Assembly (NCBI GenBank): GCA_963662585.1
Contig: OY759729.1
Coordinates: forward strand, 1,440,001 to 1,504,000
Length of the DNA: 64,000 nt
From: Candidatus Cloacimonadales bacterium
GTDB taxonomy: Bacteria > Cloacimonadota > Cloacimonadia > Cloacimonadales > JAFGVF01
Direction: 5' to 3'
In this document: positions 9,544 to 20,605 of the stretch, piece after piece
Layout of the letters: every line of letters starts with the position of its first letter
Numbering within the stretch: position 1 is the first letter of the stretch
Made by a program: the position numbers and the translations under genes
Notes under the pieces: generated by a model
The model's database searches: none
Seen by the model: only the letters and a program-made list of their open reading frames with translations
What the model was told of the DNA's origin: nothing

Positions 9544-12500
9544 CTATTTTTCTAAAGCAAATTTTAGTTCTTTATATTCACCTTCAGCTTTCAATCTTGC
9601 TAGATAAACGCCTGAAGAAAGTTTTTCATAAGGTAGTTCAAAGGAATTCATATTCCCAAGATAAGGATTTAGTTCTTTAGTTTTGGAATAGACTTTTTTC
9701 CCTGAAATAGTATAGATTTCCAGTTTTACCTGACATTTCCTAGAGACCATCGCTCTAAGTGTTAACTTATCATTAATGGTTGAGTTAAAAGGATTAGGAT
9801 AAATATATACTTCTCCATCAACAAAAATCTTATCAGTCTCAAAACTATTTTCTAATTCTGTATCAAATTCCACTGCATTTCTATGATAACTATTATATTC
9901 TGTGTACCAATTAGTTAATTTATCAGATAGATTAAAATCATCATCTACATCTTTAATAAAAGAGCGATTTATAGTAGCTCTATCTTGAGTGGTATAGAGA
10001 TATAATTCATTATTTTCCTCATGAAGGAAAGGATAACTTCTTCCATCACTATAATTTCCTCTAGGAAAACCAGGAAGAGTTCTACCATTTTTATCCCAGA
10101 CAGAAGTTCTGTTACGAGAGAATGAACCAATCAAATTCAAATTATTATCATTATCTAAATCTATAGCATAAGCTCCACCATAAACAATTAGAGAGTCACT
10201 TGGACTTGAGAATACCTCAAATCTACCCTTATCGATTAACTCTCCGCTATAAGATATCATCTTGATACCATCTTTATAGCCTAAGACTATATCCCATGTT
10301 CCGTTTCTATCATAGTCAGCAATCGACGGAATAGCATTAGAGAGAACTGTAGATTCAATGTAGTTAATTCTTGAGTAATCTGTACTTGTGAAAGTATAGA
10401 ACCCGTAAGGACCTTGTACGACTAACTCTAAAGCTTCATAGGAAGGATTAAAGTCAAAGAGTAAAATATTGCTTATTAATGAATCTGCTGGAATATCTAA
10501 TGCTAACCTCTCAATTTCACCTTCTTCTTCATCAATAAAGTTTAGGAAATAGTCATCACTCTTAGTAACAACCATAATTTTATCTGCATAAATCAGATTA
10601 GATTTCATTTTTCCAGTAATTGATAGATTAGTTAAGACTGTTAAATCACTATCAAGAACTTTAAGCAGGCCTCGATCACTATCAACATCACTTAAAGCAC
10701 AAAAATACTTATAGTTATTATCATCTTCCCCTTTATGAATAATGACAGGGGATGTCCAGCTATAACCTGCTTGCGCGAAAGCATTACTTATTTCTTGGCC
10801 ATTATAGAAGCTTAAGACTGCCTCAGCTGAAGGTATAATTTGTTGCGTAGGTAAAAGAAGTTTATTACTAATTTCATCATAACTTTGATAACGGAAAAGA
10901 TTCTCCTCTAAAGGTAAATTCGCTATAACTTCATCATTCTCGAAAACAGTTAAAGTTCTGCCATTAGCGAGAATAATTTCATTTAGATTATTGTTGTTCA
11001 TATCTAAAGATATAGCTGGAAAATTATTTATGCCGTTATAAGTTGTTGATAAGTTCCATTCAAATTCGACATTAAAGGACATCTTATTACTAGCATCAGA
11101 AATATTGGAAATTTCAAAGGGAATTCCTCCATAATAACTTTCAGCACTTGGAAGATGAGTTAACCCTGTGTTTGGAATTGGACTAAACCCAATATAGCTA
11201 TTTACAGATGCTCTAAAGGCATCTTCAGGACCACCATATCCATAAATTGAGTTATTGGGATTAGCATCTAAATGTTGAATACCATCAGCTTCTTCTAAAT
11301 CAACACCTTTATGATTAGCATCTCCATTTATTCTACTAAGACCTATTTCTGGATCAAAATTCTCTTCAATGATAAATTCATCGATGTGCCAGATTAATAA
11401 ACCTGAACCATCAACTGGCATATAACCACCACCAGAATAACCTGGTAAGAAGAAATCCCATTCACAACCTTTAAGACGACTTTTCATAAAATCAAATTTA
11501 GGAACCAGCTCCCACTGTCCTTCACCAAGAGGGTAATACTCTTGTTCTCCTTCAGGAAGAAGAGGGAATGTGAAGTTTGCTACACCATTTAAAGTAGAAT
11601 TATCAGGGTTTTGAGCTCTATTTTCAATAAGAAAATACTCTTTTTCAGACATATTAATCTTGTATAATTGAGGAGAATTGGGATTTTTATCTAGAAAAGC
11701 ATCAATTTCATTATTATAAGTATCAGTAGTTATCTCTACAGGATTTTCCCAGCCAAGATAATATCTTGACCAAGCAGATAATTGAGCAGGAGTATAACCA
11801 TTAGCATTCCAAGCTCCTGAGCCCATTATCCCCCAATTTCCAATACCTGCAGATGAACCATTTTCAGATATGTTATCGCTTAAATTAGGTAAACCCATTG
11901 CGTAACCAAAACCAGATGCAAGAACACCTAAGTTACCATAAGGTAGCTGAGAACCATCTTCAGGGAAATAATCTTGCCACTGGTGTTCAGGGGCAATTAC
12001 AAAATCAGTTACAAATGTTCCATCAGCAGGAATTCCTAAATAATCATCATTCTCAGGATCTAAACCTAGTTGTAAGTTTCTGCGTGATAAGAAAGTACTC
12101 CAAAGCAAGCCTGGTCTCTCTTTATAAATATCAGATTCTTGCCCTGCTCCAGCATGGAAGACAATAAAAGTATCCCAATTATTAAAATCAATTATACTAT
12201 CTGATTTTTGCACAATCTCTTGAGCAAATTCAGCTATTCTTTGCCTTGTATCATCGTCTGAACCATAATAACTCATAGGATTATCTAAAGTTATTACTTG
12301 AGGATAAAACTGATAGTTAAGGATATATTGTTGATGAGAAGCATCGTAAAGATAATCTCCTAATTGGAGCATATATCTATCAAAAAATGCTTGATCATGG
12401 ACTAAAGAGTCTGGATAAGAAGGTTCTGACACTAGACTAACATCACTAAACTGAACTAAATAGACTAGCACATTTTCCGGAAGTTCTTTGGCTCCATTTT

Positions 12501-12639
12501 TGCTCTCTCGAGGAAATTTTTCCGAAGGGAAGGTCATATAGTTTGATACCGGGTTACTCATCATTGGATGAGGTATTACCTCTCCAACTAAAGCTATTAC
12601 TATCAAAAGTAATAAGGTTATAGTTGAAATCTTTTTCAT
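9544..12639 (-). CDS. M6 (immune inhibitor A)-like metalloprotease-domain protein with T9SS-type CTD; zinc motif degenerate
   Basis: FHAGAGQE, WGIMGSGAW, LSAWSRYYLGW, EYFLIENR, GLLIWHIDE, VDLEEADG, IYPNPFN; HExxHxxGxxD position reads SGFGYAMGLPN. Confidence 0.85.
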   Translation of the reverse strand: MKKISTITLLLLIVIALVGEVIPHPMMSNPVSNYMTFPSEKFPRESKNGAKELPENVLVYLVQFSDVSLVSEPSYPDSLVHDQAFFDRYMLQLGDYLYDASHQQYILNYQFYPQVITLDNPMSYYGSDDDTRQRIAEFAQEIVQKSDSIIDFNNWDTFIVFHAGAGQESDIYKERPGLLWSTFLSRRNLQLGLDPENDDYLGIPADGTFVTDFVIAPEHQWQDYFPEDGSQLPYGNLGVLASGFGYAMGLPNLSDNISENGSSAGIGNWGIMGSGAWNANGYTPAQLSAWSRYYLGWENPVEITTDTYNNEIDAFLDKNPNSPQLYKINMSEKEYFLIENRAQNPDNSTLNGVANFTFPLLPEGEQEYYPLGEGQWELVPKFDFMKSRLKGCEWDFFLPGYSGGGYMPVDGSGLLIWHIDEFIIEENFDPEIGLSRINGDANHKGVDLEEADGIQHLDANPNNSIYGYGGPEDAFRASVNSYIGFSPIPNTGLTHLPSAESYYGGIPFEISNISDASNKMSFNVEFEWNLSTTYNGINNFPAISLDMNNNNLNEIILANGRTLTVFENDEVIANLPLEENLFRYQSYDEISNKLLLPTQQIIPSAEAVLSFYNGQEISNAFAQAGYSWTSPVIIHKGEDDNNYKYFCALSDVDSDRGLLKVLDSDLTVLTNLSITGKMKSNLIYADKIMVVTKSDDYFLNFIDEEEGEIERLALDIPADSLISNILLFDFNPSYEALELVVQGPYGFYTFTSTDYSRINYIESTVLSNAIPSIADYDRNGTWDIVLGYKDGIKMISYSGELIDKGRFEVFSSPSDSLIVYGGAYAIDLDNDNNLNLIGSFSRNRTSVWDKNGRTLPGFPRGNYSDGRSYPFLHEENNELYLYTTQDRATINRSFIKDVDDDFNLSDKLTNWYTEYNSYHRNAVEFDTELENSFETDKIFVDGEVYIYPNPFNSTINDKLTLRAMVSRKCQVKLEIYTISGKKVYSKTKELNPYLGNMNSFELPYEKLSSGVYLARLKAEGEYKELKFALEK

Positions 12640-12963
12640 TTTTGCTCCTATTTTTCAATTCTTTTTAGGGAATTCCCTACAAATTATCATCGCCGGTTAT
12701 CAATTATTCTATATTTTTCTCCTTAGATTATTCCTATATTATATAATTAAGTACTATGATTGCAAATGCTATGAATTTAGTCAATTATTTTCTCTATAAA
12801 AAAGAGTATTCTCACTGAGACTCTTCAATTATCCTAACATAATTAAGAATTAACCATGCCTCACAAAGATAAACTCGCTCTTGGGATTAACCAATATTCT
12901 CATTCTTATGAAGAAATGGCAACCTTTCAAATCCCTTTCCAGCTTATTAGTCCATAAAATACA

Positions 12964-13224
12964 TTATTTGTGTTTAATTACATGTTTTAGAATGCCAGAC
13001 CTCAGAGCATTTACCTTGTCAAAATCGCTTTCAATCACCTCAAAGTCCTGAAATATTCCAGCCTTAACTTTAGCAACAATAGTGATCTCTCCTTCAAGCT
13101 TAAGCAGATAATAAGTAGTTTCATCCTCTGGGTGATACCAGACTTCATGGGGGTTAGTCAAAGCTTCATCTATGGAATACATATAAGCCATTTTCTTTTT
13201 CAAAGCCTCAAGATTATCTATCAT
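12964..13224 (-). CDS. Small hypothetical protein
   Basis: 86-aa ORF with AGGAG RBS. Confidence 0.65.
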   Translation of the reverse strand: MIDNLEALKKKMAYMYSIDEALTNPHEVWYHPEDETTYYLLKLEGEITIVAKVKAGIFQDFEVIESDFDKVNALRSGILKHVIKHK

Positions 13225-13261
13225 TTTTACTCCTATGTTAGAACAGATAGTAGTATTTAAT

Positions 13262-14095
13262 TTAATGATTTTTTTTCAGAGAATCTAATTTCTGTAAATT
13301 AAGTAGATGCATTTTCTCGACCCAAAATAGGTCATTTTTATTAGCAGGGTAACACTCTCTCAAAGTAATAGAACTTTCTTGGCAAGATTGCGAACCTGTC
13401 TTAGAGTGTTTGAGTAATAAGTTCTGAAGATAGATAATATCTTTTTCTATTTTACTTTTATCGCAAGCTAGTCCATGGCCTGGGATAATAGTTTCAGGGT
13501 TATGTTTAGCAAGACTTTCTAGTTCTGCTAGCAGTTCTTGAGCATTTCCCCAATAAAAGTAAGGAATTGCTATTTTATTATCATTGGAATTTAGGACATT
13601 GTCTCCTGTCCAATAGATATTATATTTACTGGAATATATTCTAGTAGAGTCATCCGAATGCCCTGGTGCATGTGAAATCACTAAATCAAAATCAGCAATT
13701 TCCAATCTATCTGAGAATGTTATATTAGGACATCTTAAGAGCTTTTTATTGATGATATTTACTTTTTCTGGAGCTATTATATTTTTCTCTTTTTCAATAG
13801 TATTCCAATATGATTGATGAGCAATAATAAGGGAATTAAAGGAGTCAAAGAATCTATTTCCATAACAATGATCACTATGCCAATGGGTATTAACAATATA
13901 CTTTACAGCTTTATTTTTGGCTAAGCAAAATTCATATAATTCTTTAGAATCTTTTGGAAGAAGCAGGCTATCTATAACCAAGAGAGAATCTCTATTTTCA
14001 ATCACAGTTGCATTTAGAAATGAGTTTTTAGCTTGCAGAATTGTGATTTGCTCATTAATTTCTATTATTTTATTCATCATTATTTCCTGATCCAT
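13262..14095 (-). CDS. MBL-fold metallo-hydrolase
   Basis: THWHSDH, PGHS, TGD, IPGHG motifs; true start may be slightly downstream. Confidence 0.88.
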   Translation of the reverse strand: MDQEIMMNKIIEINEQITILQAKNSFLNATVIENRDSLLVIDSLLLPKDSKELYEFCLAKNKAVKYIVNTHWHSDHCYGNRFFDSFNSLIIAHQSYWNTIEKEKNIIAPEKVNIINKKLLRCPNITFSDRLEIADFDLVISHAPGHSDDSTRIYSSKYNIYWTGDNVLNSNDNKIAIPYFYWGNAQELLAELESLAKHNPETIIPGHGLACDKSKIEKDIIYLQNLLLKHSKTGSQSCQESSITLRECYPANKNDLFWVEKMHLLNLQKLDSLKKNH

Positions 14096-14696
14096 AATGG
14101 ATTAAATCTATTATTTTAACAACCATATTTCTCAAATTAAATTGATGCCCCTTTAAAACCCACTGGGTCAAGACAAAGTCCATTGCACCAATTACAGTGA
14201 GGGCAAAAGCTTCTGCAGAAACATCTCTGAATTTCCGATTTTCAATTCCTTCATTGTAGATTTCTTTCATAAATTCACGATACTCATCAAAAATTGAGTA
14301 CTGGGGATATTTATTATAGTATTCTTTAATCTGCCTTATATCTTCAATTAAGAACTTTGCAATTTGAGGATTTTGAGTAAAAACAATGGCATGAATATCA
14401 AAAAACTTCAATATTTTTGTTTTGACATCTGGTTCTTTAGCTGTTATCTGTTTAACTTCTACCAATTTGTTATGTAAACTCTCTGTTAATGCTCTCATCA
14501 TTACATCTTCTTTAGAGGAAAAATAGGTATAAACAGTGCCATCTGCCACCTTTGCTTCAGTAGCAATATCTTTCATTTTTGTTTTGGCATAACCCTTTTC
14601 TGAAAGAAGCTTGATAGCTGCATTAATAATTCTTTCTCTCTTCTTTCTCTTTTTTTGAGCAATATGACTTTCAGCTTTTGCTTCATTGTTCTTCAT
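14070..14696 (-). CDS. TetR/AcrR family regulator
   Basis: GY.KT.MKDIA.EAKVADGTVYTYF.SKE HTH. Confidence 0.93.
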   Translation of the reverse strand: MKNNEAKAESHIAQKKRKKRERIINAAIKLLSEKGYAKTKMKDIATEAKVADGTVYTYFSSKEDVMMRALTESLHNKLVEVKQITAKEPDVKTKILKFFDIHAIVFTQNPQIAKFLIEDIRQIKEYYNKYPQYSIFDEYREFMKEIYNEGIENRKFRDVSAEAFALTVIGAMDFVLTQWVLKGHQFNLRNMVVKIIDLIHYGSGNNDE

Positions 14697-14832
14697 AAAT
14701 ACATCCTGAATATTGAGTATAATTATCTTGTAAGTAAGGGAAAATCTGTCAATAGATTATTGGATTGGAAGAGAAAAAGTAGCTAATTTTATGATTTTCA
14801 CAGCGACATCCCTTTGTCTTAGCCTGCACTAA

Positions 14833-14900
14833 CCTTGCTCCTTCACACTCAACAGGAACATTATTTGAAATATATCTGTCTTGAGTGAGAAGGAGCAAGG
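14833..14900. repeat. Long palindromic element, related to 40748-40805
   Basis: CCTTGCTCCTTCACACTCAA...TTGAGTGAGAAGGAGCAAGG arms. Confidence 0.65.
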
Positions 14901-14985
14901 GAAGAGCACTTGATATGCCATTAATAATCCTAAGACAGACTAAGCTTATAAGTCAGATAATACAATTTACTTTGGGTTAAAAGAA

Positions 14986-15020
14986 AGAGGTAGTCAATAT
15001 TTTTATATATGACTACCTCT
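14986..15020 (-). terminator. Terminator of hppA
   Basis: AGAGGTAGTCA...TGACTACCTCT stem followed by T-rich tail on minus strand. Confidence 0.65.
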
Positions 15021-15041
15021 ATATATAGTAATTATATTTTA

Positions 15042-17387
15042 TTAAAAATCTTCTTTTTTATCAACTGGAATAGTGCTACTTTCCTGCTTCTCAAATTTAG
15101 CTTCTGCTTGGCCTTCCCATTGAGCCATATCTTTCAAGGTTTCTACTTTGGGATTATTCTGCATTAGCATAAGATTTAATTCCGTGCTACCCTTATCATA
15201 AAGATTTTCAATATAAGGAGAGTAGGAGATAATTAAACCAGCAAATATAATTGAGACAATACTCATTAATTTAATAAGAATATTTAAGGAAGGACCTGCA
15301 GTATCTTTAAGTGGATCTCCAACAGTATCACCAACGATAGAAGCTTTGTGAGCATCAGAGTTTTTTCCACCAAATTGACCTGTTTCCACAAACTTCTTAG
15401 CATTATCCCAAGCACCCCCAGAATTATTCATCAAAATAGCTAATACCAATCCTGAGATAAGAGTGCCTACCAAAAGTCCTAAAACTCCTGGAATACCCAA
15501 AATTAAACCTATAATAATTGGAGTAACAATAGCCAACATAGCTGGTTTTACCATTTCGCGTTGAGCACCTTTAGTGGAAATTAAAACACATCTTTTATAA
15601 TCTGGGGTTGTTTTCCCCTCTAATATTCCTGGTATTTCCTTAAACTGTCTTCTCACTTCTTTAACCATATCACCCGCAGCATTTCCGACAGCCTTGATAG
15701 TGAAAGCAGCAAAAAGAAAAGATATCATTGAGCCAATGAAGGCACCAACTAAAAGTTTTGGATTCATAAGATTAATTTGATAGTGAAGCATAAAATCTGA
15801 AACACCAGCAACCCTTAAACTTAAGCCATTAATCAATTGCTGAGGCTCTATACGCATTAAAGAGACTCTTATCTCTTCAATATAAGCAGCAAGAAGTGCC
15901 ATTGCGGTTAGAGCTGCGGAACCAATAGCGAAGCCTTTGCCTGTTGCAGCTGTAGTGTTTCCTACCGCATCTAAAGCATCAGTTCTACTTCTAACAATTT
16001 CAGGAAGAGCTGACATCTCTGCGTTTCCACCTGCATTATCAGCAATAGGACCGAATGCATCCATGGCTAAAGTTACACCTAAAGTTGCAAGCATACCAAC
16101 TGCCCCAAAACCTATTCCGTAAAGACCTAATTCTATAGAAGACCAGCCTCCACTAGCACTAAAAGCAATTAATATTGCTGTTGCAATAATAAGAACTGGA
16201 GCTGCTGTAGATTTCATTCCTACTGCTAAACCATCGATAATAACAGTAGCAGGACCATATTCACCTTGTTTTGCAATTCCTTGAGTAGGCGCATAAGAAT
16301 CAGAAGTGTATCTTTCAGTAGAGTAACCAATTAATATTCCCGCAATTAATCCAGTAATACTAGCGATAAAAACCCCTAAGTAAATTGAAGGATGAAGTAA
16401 TAATTTGCAAATAATCCCAGAAGCAATAGCTATCAGTGCTGAGCTAACATAAACACTTTTATTCAAAGCTAAAAGTAAATCCTTACTTGTGGCATTATCT
16501 TTAGTAGAGACCATATAAATACCAATAATCGAGAGGATTATACCAACTCCAGCTAAAATCATCGGAGCGATAACAAAGTTTAATCCCCACTGAGCTTGAA
16601 AATCAGCTCCAAATTGAATTACAGCTGCCATACCTAGAGCAGAAGTAGCGAGTATGGAACCTACATAAGATTCAAAAAGGTCGGCCCCCATTCCAGCTAC
16701 ATCACCAACATTATCGCCAACATTATCAGCAATGGTTGCAGGATTTCTAGGATCATCTTCAGGGATTCCAGCTTCAACTTTACCAACTAAGTCAGCTCCG
16801 ACATCTGCAGCTTTGGTGTAAATTCCTCCACCTAATCTAGCAAAGAGAGCTTGGGTAGAAGCCCCCATTCCAAAAGAAAGCATAACAACGGTTATTTTAT
16901 GTAAATCCATACCAATCATATTTAGAATATAGAACCAACCAGAGATAAAAATCAAAGCTAAACCAACAACAACTAAACCCATAACTGAGCCAGCTCTGAA
17001 AGCAACTTTTAAGCCTCTATTAAGACTTTTACTACAGGCTTGAGCTGTTCTTGAAGAGGCCATGGTAGCAGTTTTCATTCCGATAAATCCGGCTAAGCCA
17101 CTGAATAATCCACCAGTAACAAAGGCAATAGGAACCCAAGTATTAAGGATGTTTAAGCCCCATGCCATAAGATTAAAAATTATAAAGGCAATTAAAAAGA
17201 AAATACTAACGCCGATGTATTGTTGCTTTAAATAAGCAAAAGCTCCGTCTTTAATGTAGCCGGCAATCTCTTGCATTCTTTCATTACCGGGATCATGTTT
17301 TTTAACCTCTGCATAGAAAATATAAGCGAAAATAAGTGCTAGTATTGAACCAAATGGGGCAATAAACCAATACCATGGTAGATTCAT
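15042..17387 (-). CDS. hppA: Membrane-bound K+-dependent (probably Na+-translocating) pyrophosphatase
   Basis: [35 protein letters not shown] (Ala = K+-dependent type); start moved to ATG 17387 behind AGGAG. Confidence 0.93.
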   Translation of the reverse strand: MNLPWYWFIAPFGSILALIFAYIFYAEVKKHDPGNERMQEIAGYIKDGAFAYLKQQYIGVSIFFLIAFIIFNLMAWGLNILNTWVPIAFVTGGLFSGLAGFIGMKTATMASSRTAQACSKSLNRGLKVAFRAGSVMGLVVVGLALIFISGWFYILNMIGMDLHKITVVMLSFGMGASTQALFARLGGGIYTKAADVGADLVGKVEAGIPEDDPRNPATIADNVGDNVGDVAGMGADLFESYVGSILATSALGMAAVIQFGADFQAQWGLNFVIAPMILAGVGIILSIIGIYMVSTKDNATSKDLLLALNKSVYVSSALIAIASGIICKLLLHPSIYLGVFIASITGLIAGILIGYSTERYTSDSYAPTQGIAKQGEYGPATVIIDGLAVGMKSTAAPVLIIATAILIAFSASGGWSSIELGLYGIGFGAVGMLATLGVTLAMDAFGPIADNAGGNAEMSALPEIVRSRTDALDAVGNTTAATGKGFAIGSAALTAMALLAAYIEEIRVSLMRIEPQQLINGLSLRVAGVSDFMLHYQINLMNPKLLVGAFIGSMISFLFAAFTIKAVGNAAGDMVKEVRRQFKEIPGILEGKTTPDYKRCVLISTKGAQREMVKPAMLAIVTPIIIGLILGIPGVLGLLVGTLISGLVLAILMNNSGGAWDNAKKFVETGQFGGKNSDAHKASIVGDTVGDPLKDTAGPSLNILIKLMSIVSIIFAGLIISYSPYIENLYDKGSTELNLMLMQNNPKVETLKDMAQWEGQAEAKFEKQESSTIPVDKKEDF

Positions 17388-17511
17388 AGTTACTCCTAAG
17401 TTATTAATATTTCTGTTCAAAAACATATATTATAGTGTGGTGTATAGCTTTCAAACAGGACCTGATATTTGCATGAGCAAGTAATATCATTAAATACTCA
17501 TGAATAAACAA

Positions 17512-17539
17512 ATTATAGCTAATTCTTTGATAATGTCAA
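17512..17539 (-). promoter_or_regulatory. Sigma70-type promoter of hppA
   Basis: TTGACA-N16-TATAAT on minus strand. Confidence 0.7.
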
Positions 17540-17571
17540 TAGTTTTTTCTCAAAGAAGTCAAAAAAGATTG

Positions 17572-18219
17572 TTAAAGTAAGTCCTTTATGTACTTTAGAT
17601 ATCTTGCTGTTAATCCCCATATTTTCTCATTTTGCCATTCTGTGTAAAATACACTATAGTTTTTTTTACCCCATTCTCCTTGATATCTCTGCGGAAGTCC
17701 CAACTTTTCCACAGGAAGAAGAAGTGGATCAGATGATGAATCTCCTGAGTAATTTGTTGAATTAATTTGATAATGTTGAAAATTTAGAGTTTTAAGCTGG
17801 GCCAGAGGAATAGCAAAAACCCTCTCAACTTCGGCAAGATTAATGGCAAGTTCTGAGAAGGTTACTTTTTCAATGTTACCAATAAAAGCATCAATGAGTT
17901 TTCCATCTGGGGTAATGAGTCGGGGAAGTCTACTGATAATTTTAATCTTATCAACAGAGATACCTAATTCTTCAGAAGTTTCTCTTATAGCAGTCATCAA
18001 AGGGTTATGGGCTTCATTGACTTCAACTCTTCCACCTGGAAAGCAGATTTCCCCTCCTTGAGGGATATCCAAAGTCCTTTTTTCAAAGAGAAGAGAGCTT
18101 TTCCCTTCAATATCAATAAGAGGAAGAAAGATAGCTGAGTGTCTAAACTCATCATAATTTATAACTTCTGGATGATAAGAGATAAGTGATTGGGTTAATT
18201 TAGTAAGTAAATTCTTCAT
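17572..18219 (-). CDS. Nudix hydrolase, CoA pyrophosphatase family
   Basis: GEICFPGG...AIRETSEELG Nudix box, IWGLTA; start taken at MKNLL. Confidence 0.88.
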   Translation of the reverse strand: MKNLLTKLTQSLISYHPEVINYDEFRHSAIFLPLIDIEGKSSLLFEKRTLDIPQGGEICFPGGRVEVNEAHNPLMTAIRETSEELGISVDKIKIISRLPRLITPDGKLIDAFIGNIEKVTFSELAINLAEVERVFAIPLAQLKTLNFQHYQINSTNYSGDSSSDPLLLPVEKLGLPQRYQGEWGKKNYSVFYTEWQNEKIWGLTARYLKYIKDLL

Positions 18220-19795
18220 CTTTATAGACCAATTCTCCATCGATAAGGGTAAGCAGTGATTTGGCTGATAACCAAAATTCTGCAGATGCTTGAGTGAAGT
18301 CATCAATAACTATTAAATCTGCTAAGTATCCCTCTTTAATCTGACCTCGAATATGCTCAGAAGCAGAAGCTTTGGCAGCCCATGCAGTATATGCTTTTAG
18401 TGCTTCTAAAGTTGTTAGCACTTGATCAGGTCTCCAAGTTGACTTTTCAGGGTCATTCATTGCTTTTCTCATTATGGCAGCATAAATACCTTGGAAAGGA
18501 TTAATTATTTCCACTGGTGCATCTGAGCCAAAACCACAAGAGATTCCTCTATCTATCAAGTCCTTAAAGCTATAGGTAAAGTTAGCTGCAGATTTAGTGT
18601 ATTTTTGAATAGAATCTATGTCATATCTTAAATGAATTGCTTGTAGGGCAATGTAAATATCATTCTCTTTTATTGCTTGATAATCTTCTGGTCGCACACA
18701 CTGAAGGTGCTCAATTCTATGAAGAAGACTTGTATCAATATCTCTACATTTGGCAATCGAAGTGATAACTTGATGACAGCACTTATCCCCGATAGCGTGA
18801 ATAGATGATGCGATACCATTTTCCGCCCCTTTTCTAATCATTGCTTGAAGCTCTTCTTCAGAATAGATAGATGTGCCGTAATTATCTGTCCCAGTGTAAG
18901 CTTCATACATCAAAGCTGTTTGTGAGCCTAAGGCCCCATCCATAAATATCTTCTGTCCACCTATTTTTAAAGATTCGCTTCCTGTGTAAGAAGTAACCTT
19001 CTTTTCAATCATTTTATCTAAAATTGCGTTAGGGAAGTGCCAACAGAAACGAAATTTAGTTCCAGATTCTATCACCTGCCTATAGTAGTCAAATTTATCC
19101 TCGTATTCCATAACATGAACCCCAGTGAGTCCCATGCTATAGCAATCTTCAATAGTCATATTAATCGCCTTCAGAGCAAGTTCCAAGGGATAAGCTGGAG
19201 TTACTTTATCAATGAGTTCCCAAGCTTTTTCATGAGTGAATCCATTCGGCTCGCCATCATCAAACCTTCCTAAAGAACCACCGATAGGATCAGGAGTATC
19301 TTTAGTGATACCTGCTTTTTCAAAAGCTAAAGAATTACACCATTTAGAATGAAAATCTTTACTCTCAAGGGATACAGGTATATGGGGGAAAATAGCATCT
19401 AAAAAGTACTTATCAAAGCCTTCTAAGGACGGATAAATATTCTTATTCCAACCACTTCCACCTACCCATTGAAGATTAGCAGGCATATTCTTTTTAAAGT
19501 CTATGAGAATCTTCTTCACATCTTCTAAGGACTTAGCTGGAGATAAATCTACAGCAATCTTGGTTTTAGCAAGCTCAAAAAAGTGAGTATGAGTATCAAT
19601 CATTCCAGGAAGTAGTACTTTTCCTTGCAGATCAATCTCTTCATAATCTTGCAGATTATTCTTATGTAAATAGTTAAAAATATCAGTCTTTGAACCAACC
19701 TTCTCAATCTTCTCGCCATTAATGAGTGCAGCTTCTGTAATTTCATCAGAAGAGCTCATTGTATAAACTTTTCCATTAACAAATAATTTTCTCAT
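18200..19795 (-). CDS. Amidohydrolase family 3 (YtcJ-like)
   Basis: PGMIDTHTH, DGALGS, HAIGD, RIEH, GSDAPV motifs. Confidence 0.9.
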   Translation of the reverse strand: MRKLFVNGKVYTMSSSDEITEAALINGEKIEKVGSKTDIFNYLHKNNLQDYEEIDLQGKVLLPGMIDTHTHFFELAKTKIAVDLSPAKSLEDVKKILIDFKKNMPANLQWVGGSGWNKNIYPSLEGFDKYFLDAIFPHIPVSLESKDFHSKWCNSLAFEKAGITKDTPDPIGGSLGRFDDGEPNGFTHEKAWELIDKVTPAYPLELALKAINMTIEDCYSMGLTGVHVMEYEDKFDYYRQVIESGTKFRFCWHFPNAILDKMIEKKVTSYTGSESLKIGGQKIFMDGALGSQTALMYEAYTGTDNYGTSIYSEEELQAMIRKGAENGIASSIHAIGDKCCHQVITSIAKCRDIDTSLLHRIEHLQCVRPEDYQAIKENDIYIALQAIHLRYDIDSIQKYTKSAANFTYSFKDLIDRGISCGFGSDAPVEIINPFQGIYAAIMRKAMNDPEKSTWRPDQVLTTLEALKAYTAWAAKASASEHIRGQIKEGYLADLIVIDDFTQASAEFWLSAKSLLTLIDGELVYKDEEFTY

Positions 19796-19919
19796 TTTCT
19801 CTTCTTTTTTGTCTAATTTATTAAAAAATATGTCTAACCCTAAACAATTTGACCGATTTTATTCAATAAGTCCTCTCTTCGAAGGGAATATAATAATATC
19901 ATTGCTTTTACAGCAATGA

Positions 19920-20600
19920 GCAGGCAAGATGCCCGCATTCCTAGTTAGGGCGGACAGAATGTCCACCGTCCGACAGAAAAGGTCTTTCTCCTATTTTGTG
20001 AAGGGGCGAAAAATGTTTAGCCCCTACATTAGTGAAATTCGTGAATAGATTTCTCTTTATCATCAACTCTACATTCATAATTTTAAATTTCTTCATATCC
20101 CTTGTCCGCTAACGCGTCCAAGCCCTTTCAGGGGGATTCCCTTGGAGTGTCTTGCGAACACTCCCTATTATATGCTATCCCTACGGGATGTATGATGTTT
20201 CGTATGAAATAGCTACTTGCGAAAACCAATCGACGCTTCTTGTAGAGACTTTGCATGCAAGGTCTCTACAAGAGACAGGTCTCAACAAAAGACAGGTCTC
20301 AACAAAAGACAGGTCTCAACAAAAGACAGGTCTCTACAAAAGATAGGTCTCTACAAAAGATAGGTCTCTACAAAAGACAGCTCTCTACAAAAGATATATC
20401 TCTTCAAGAGAGACAGTCTATTAAATCGGGATCGCAAAGCCTCTGTGAAACTTCTCATAAAACTCATCTTTACTCTATGTTAAGGGCCTTTTCAAGAAGC
20501 CCTATGGCAATACACCCCTACATTAGTATAATTCGTGAAATTAGTGGATAGATTTATATTTCTTCAATTCTCAATTCTCAATTCTGAATTCTCAATTCTA
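19920..20600. repeat. Intergenic mosaic of REP-like palindromes and short tandem repeats
   Basis: AGGGGCGAAAAATGTTTAGCCCCT, ATCCCTACGGGAT and TTGTAGAGAC..GTCTCTACAA palindromes; 17-bp and 7-bp (TTCTCAA) tandem repeats. Confidence 0.75.
20261..20410. repeat. Tandem repeat of ~9 x 17 bp (GGTCTC(T/A)ACAAAAGA(C/T)A)
   Basis: Directly visible; last copies degenerate. Confidence 0.9.
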
Positions 20601-20605
20601 AATTT

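Noticed and set aside
12964..13224. Possible BECR/RelE-like nuclease fold in the 86-aa ORF
   Set aside because: Resemblance limited to the 'L.NP.EVW' segment; unsupported without a profile search
20152..20551. ORFs 20152-20346 and 20255-20551
   Set aside because: Open frames produced by the 17-bp tandem repeat
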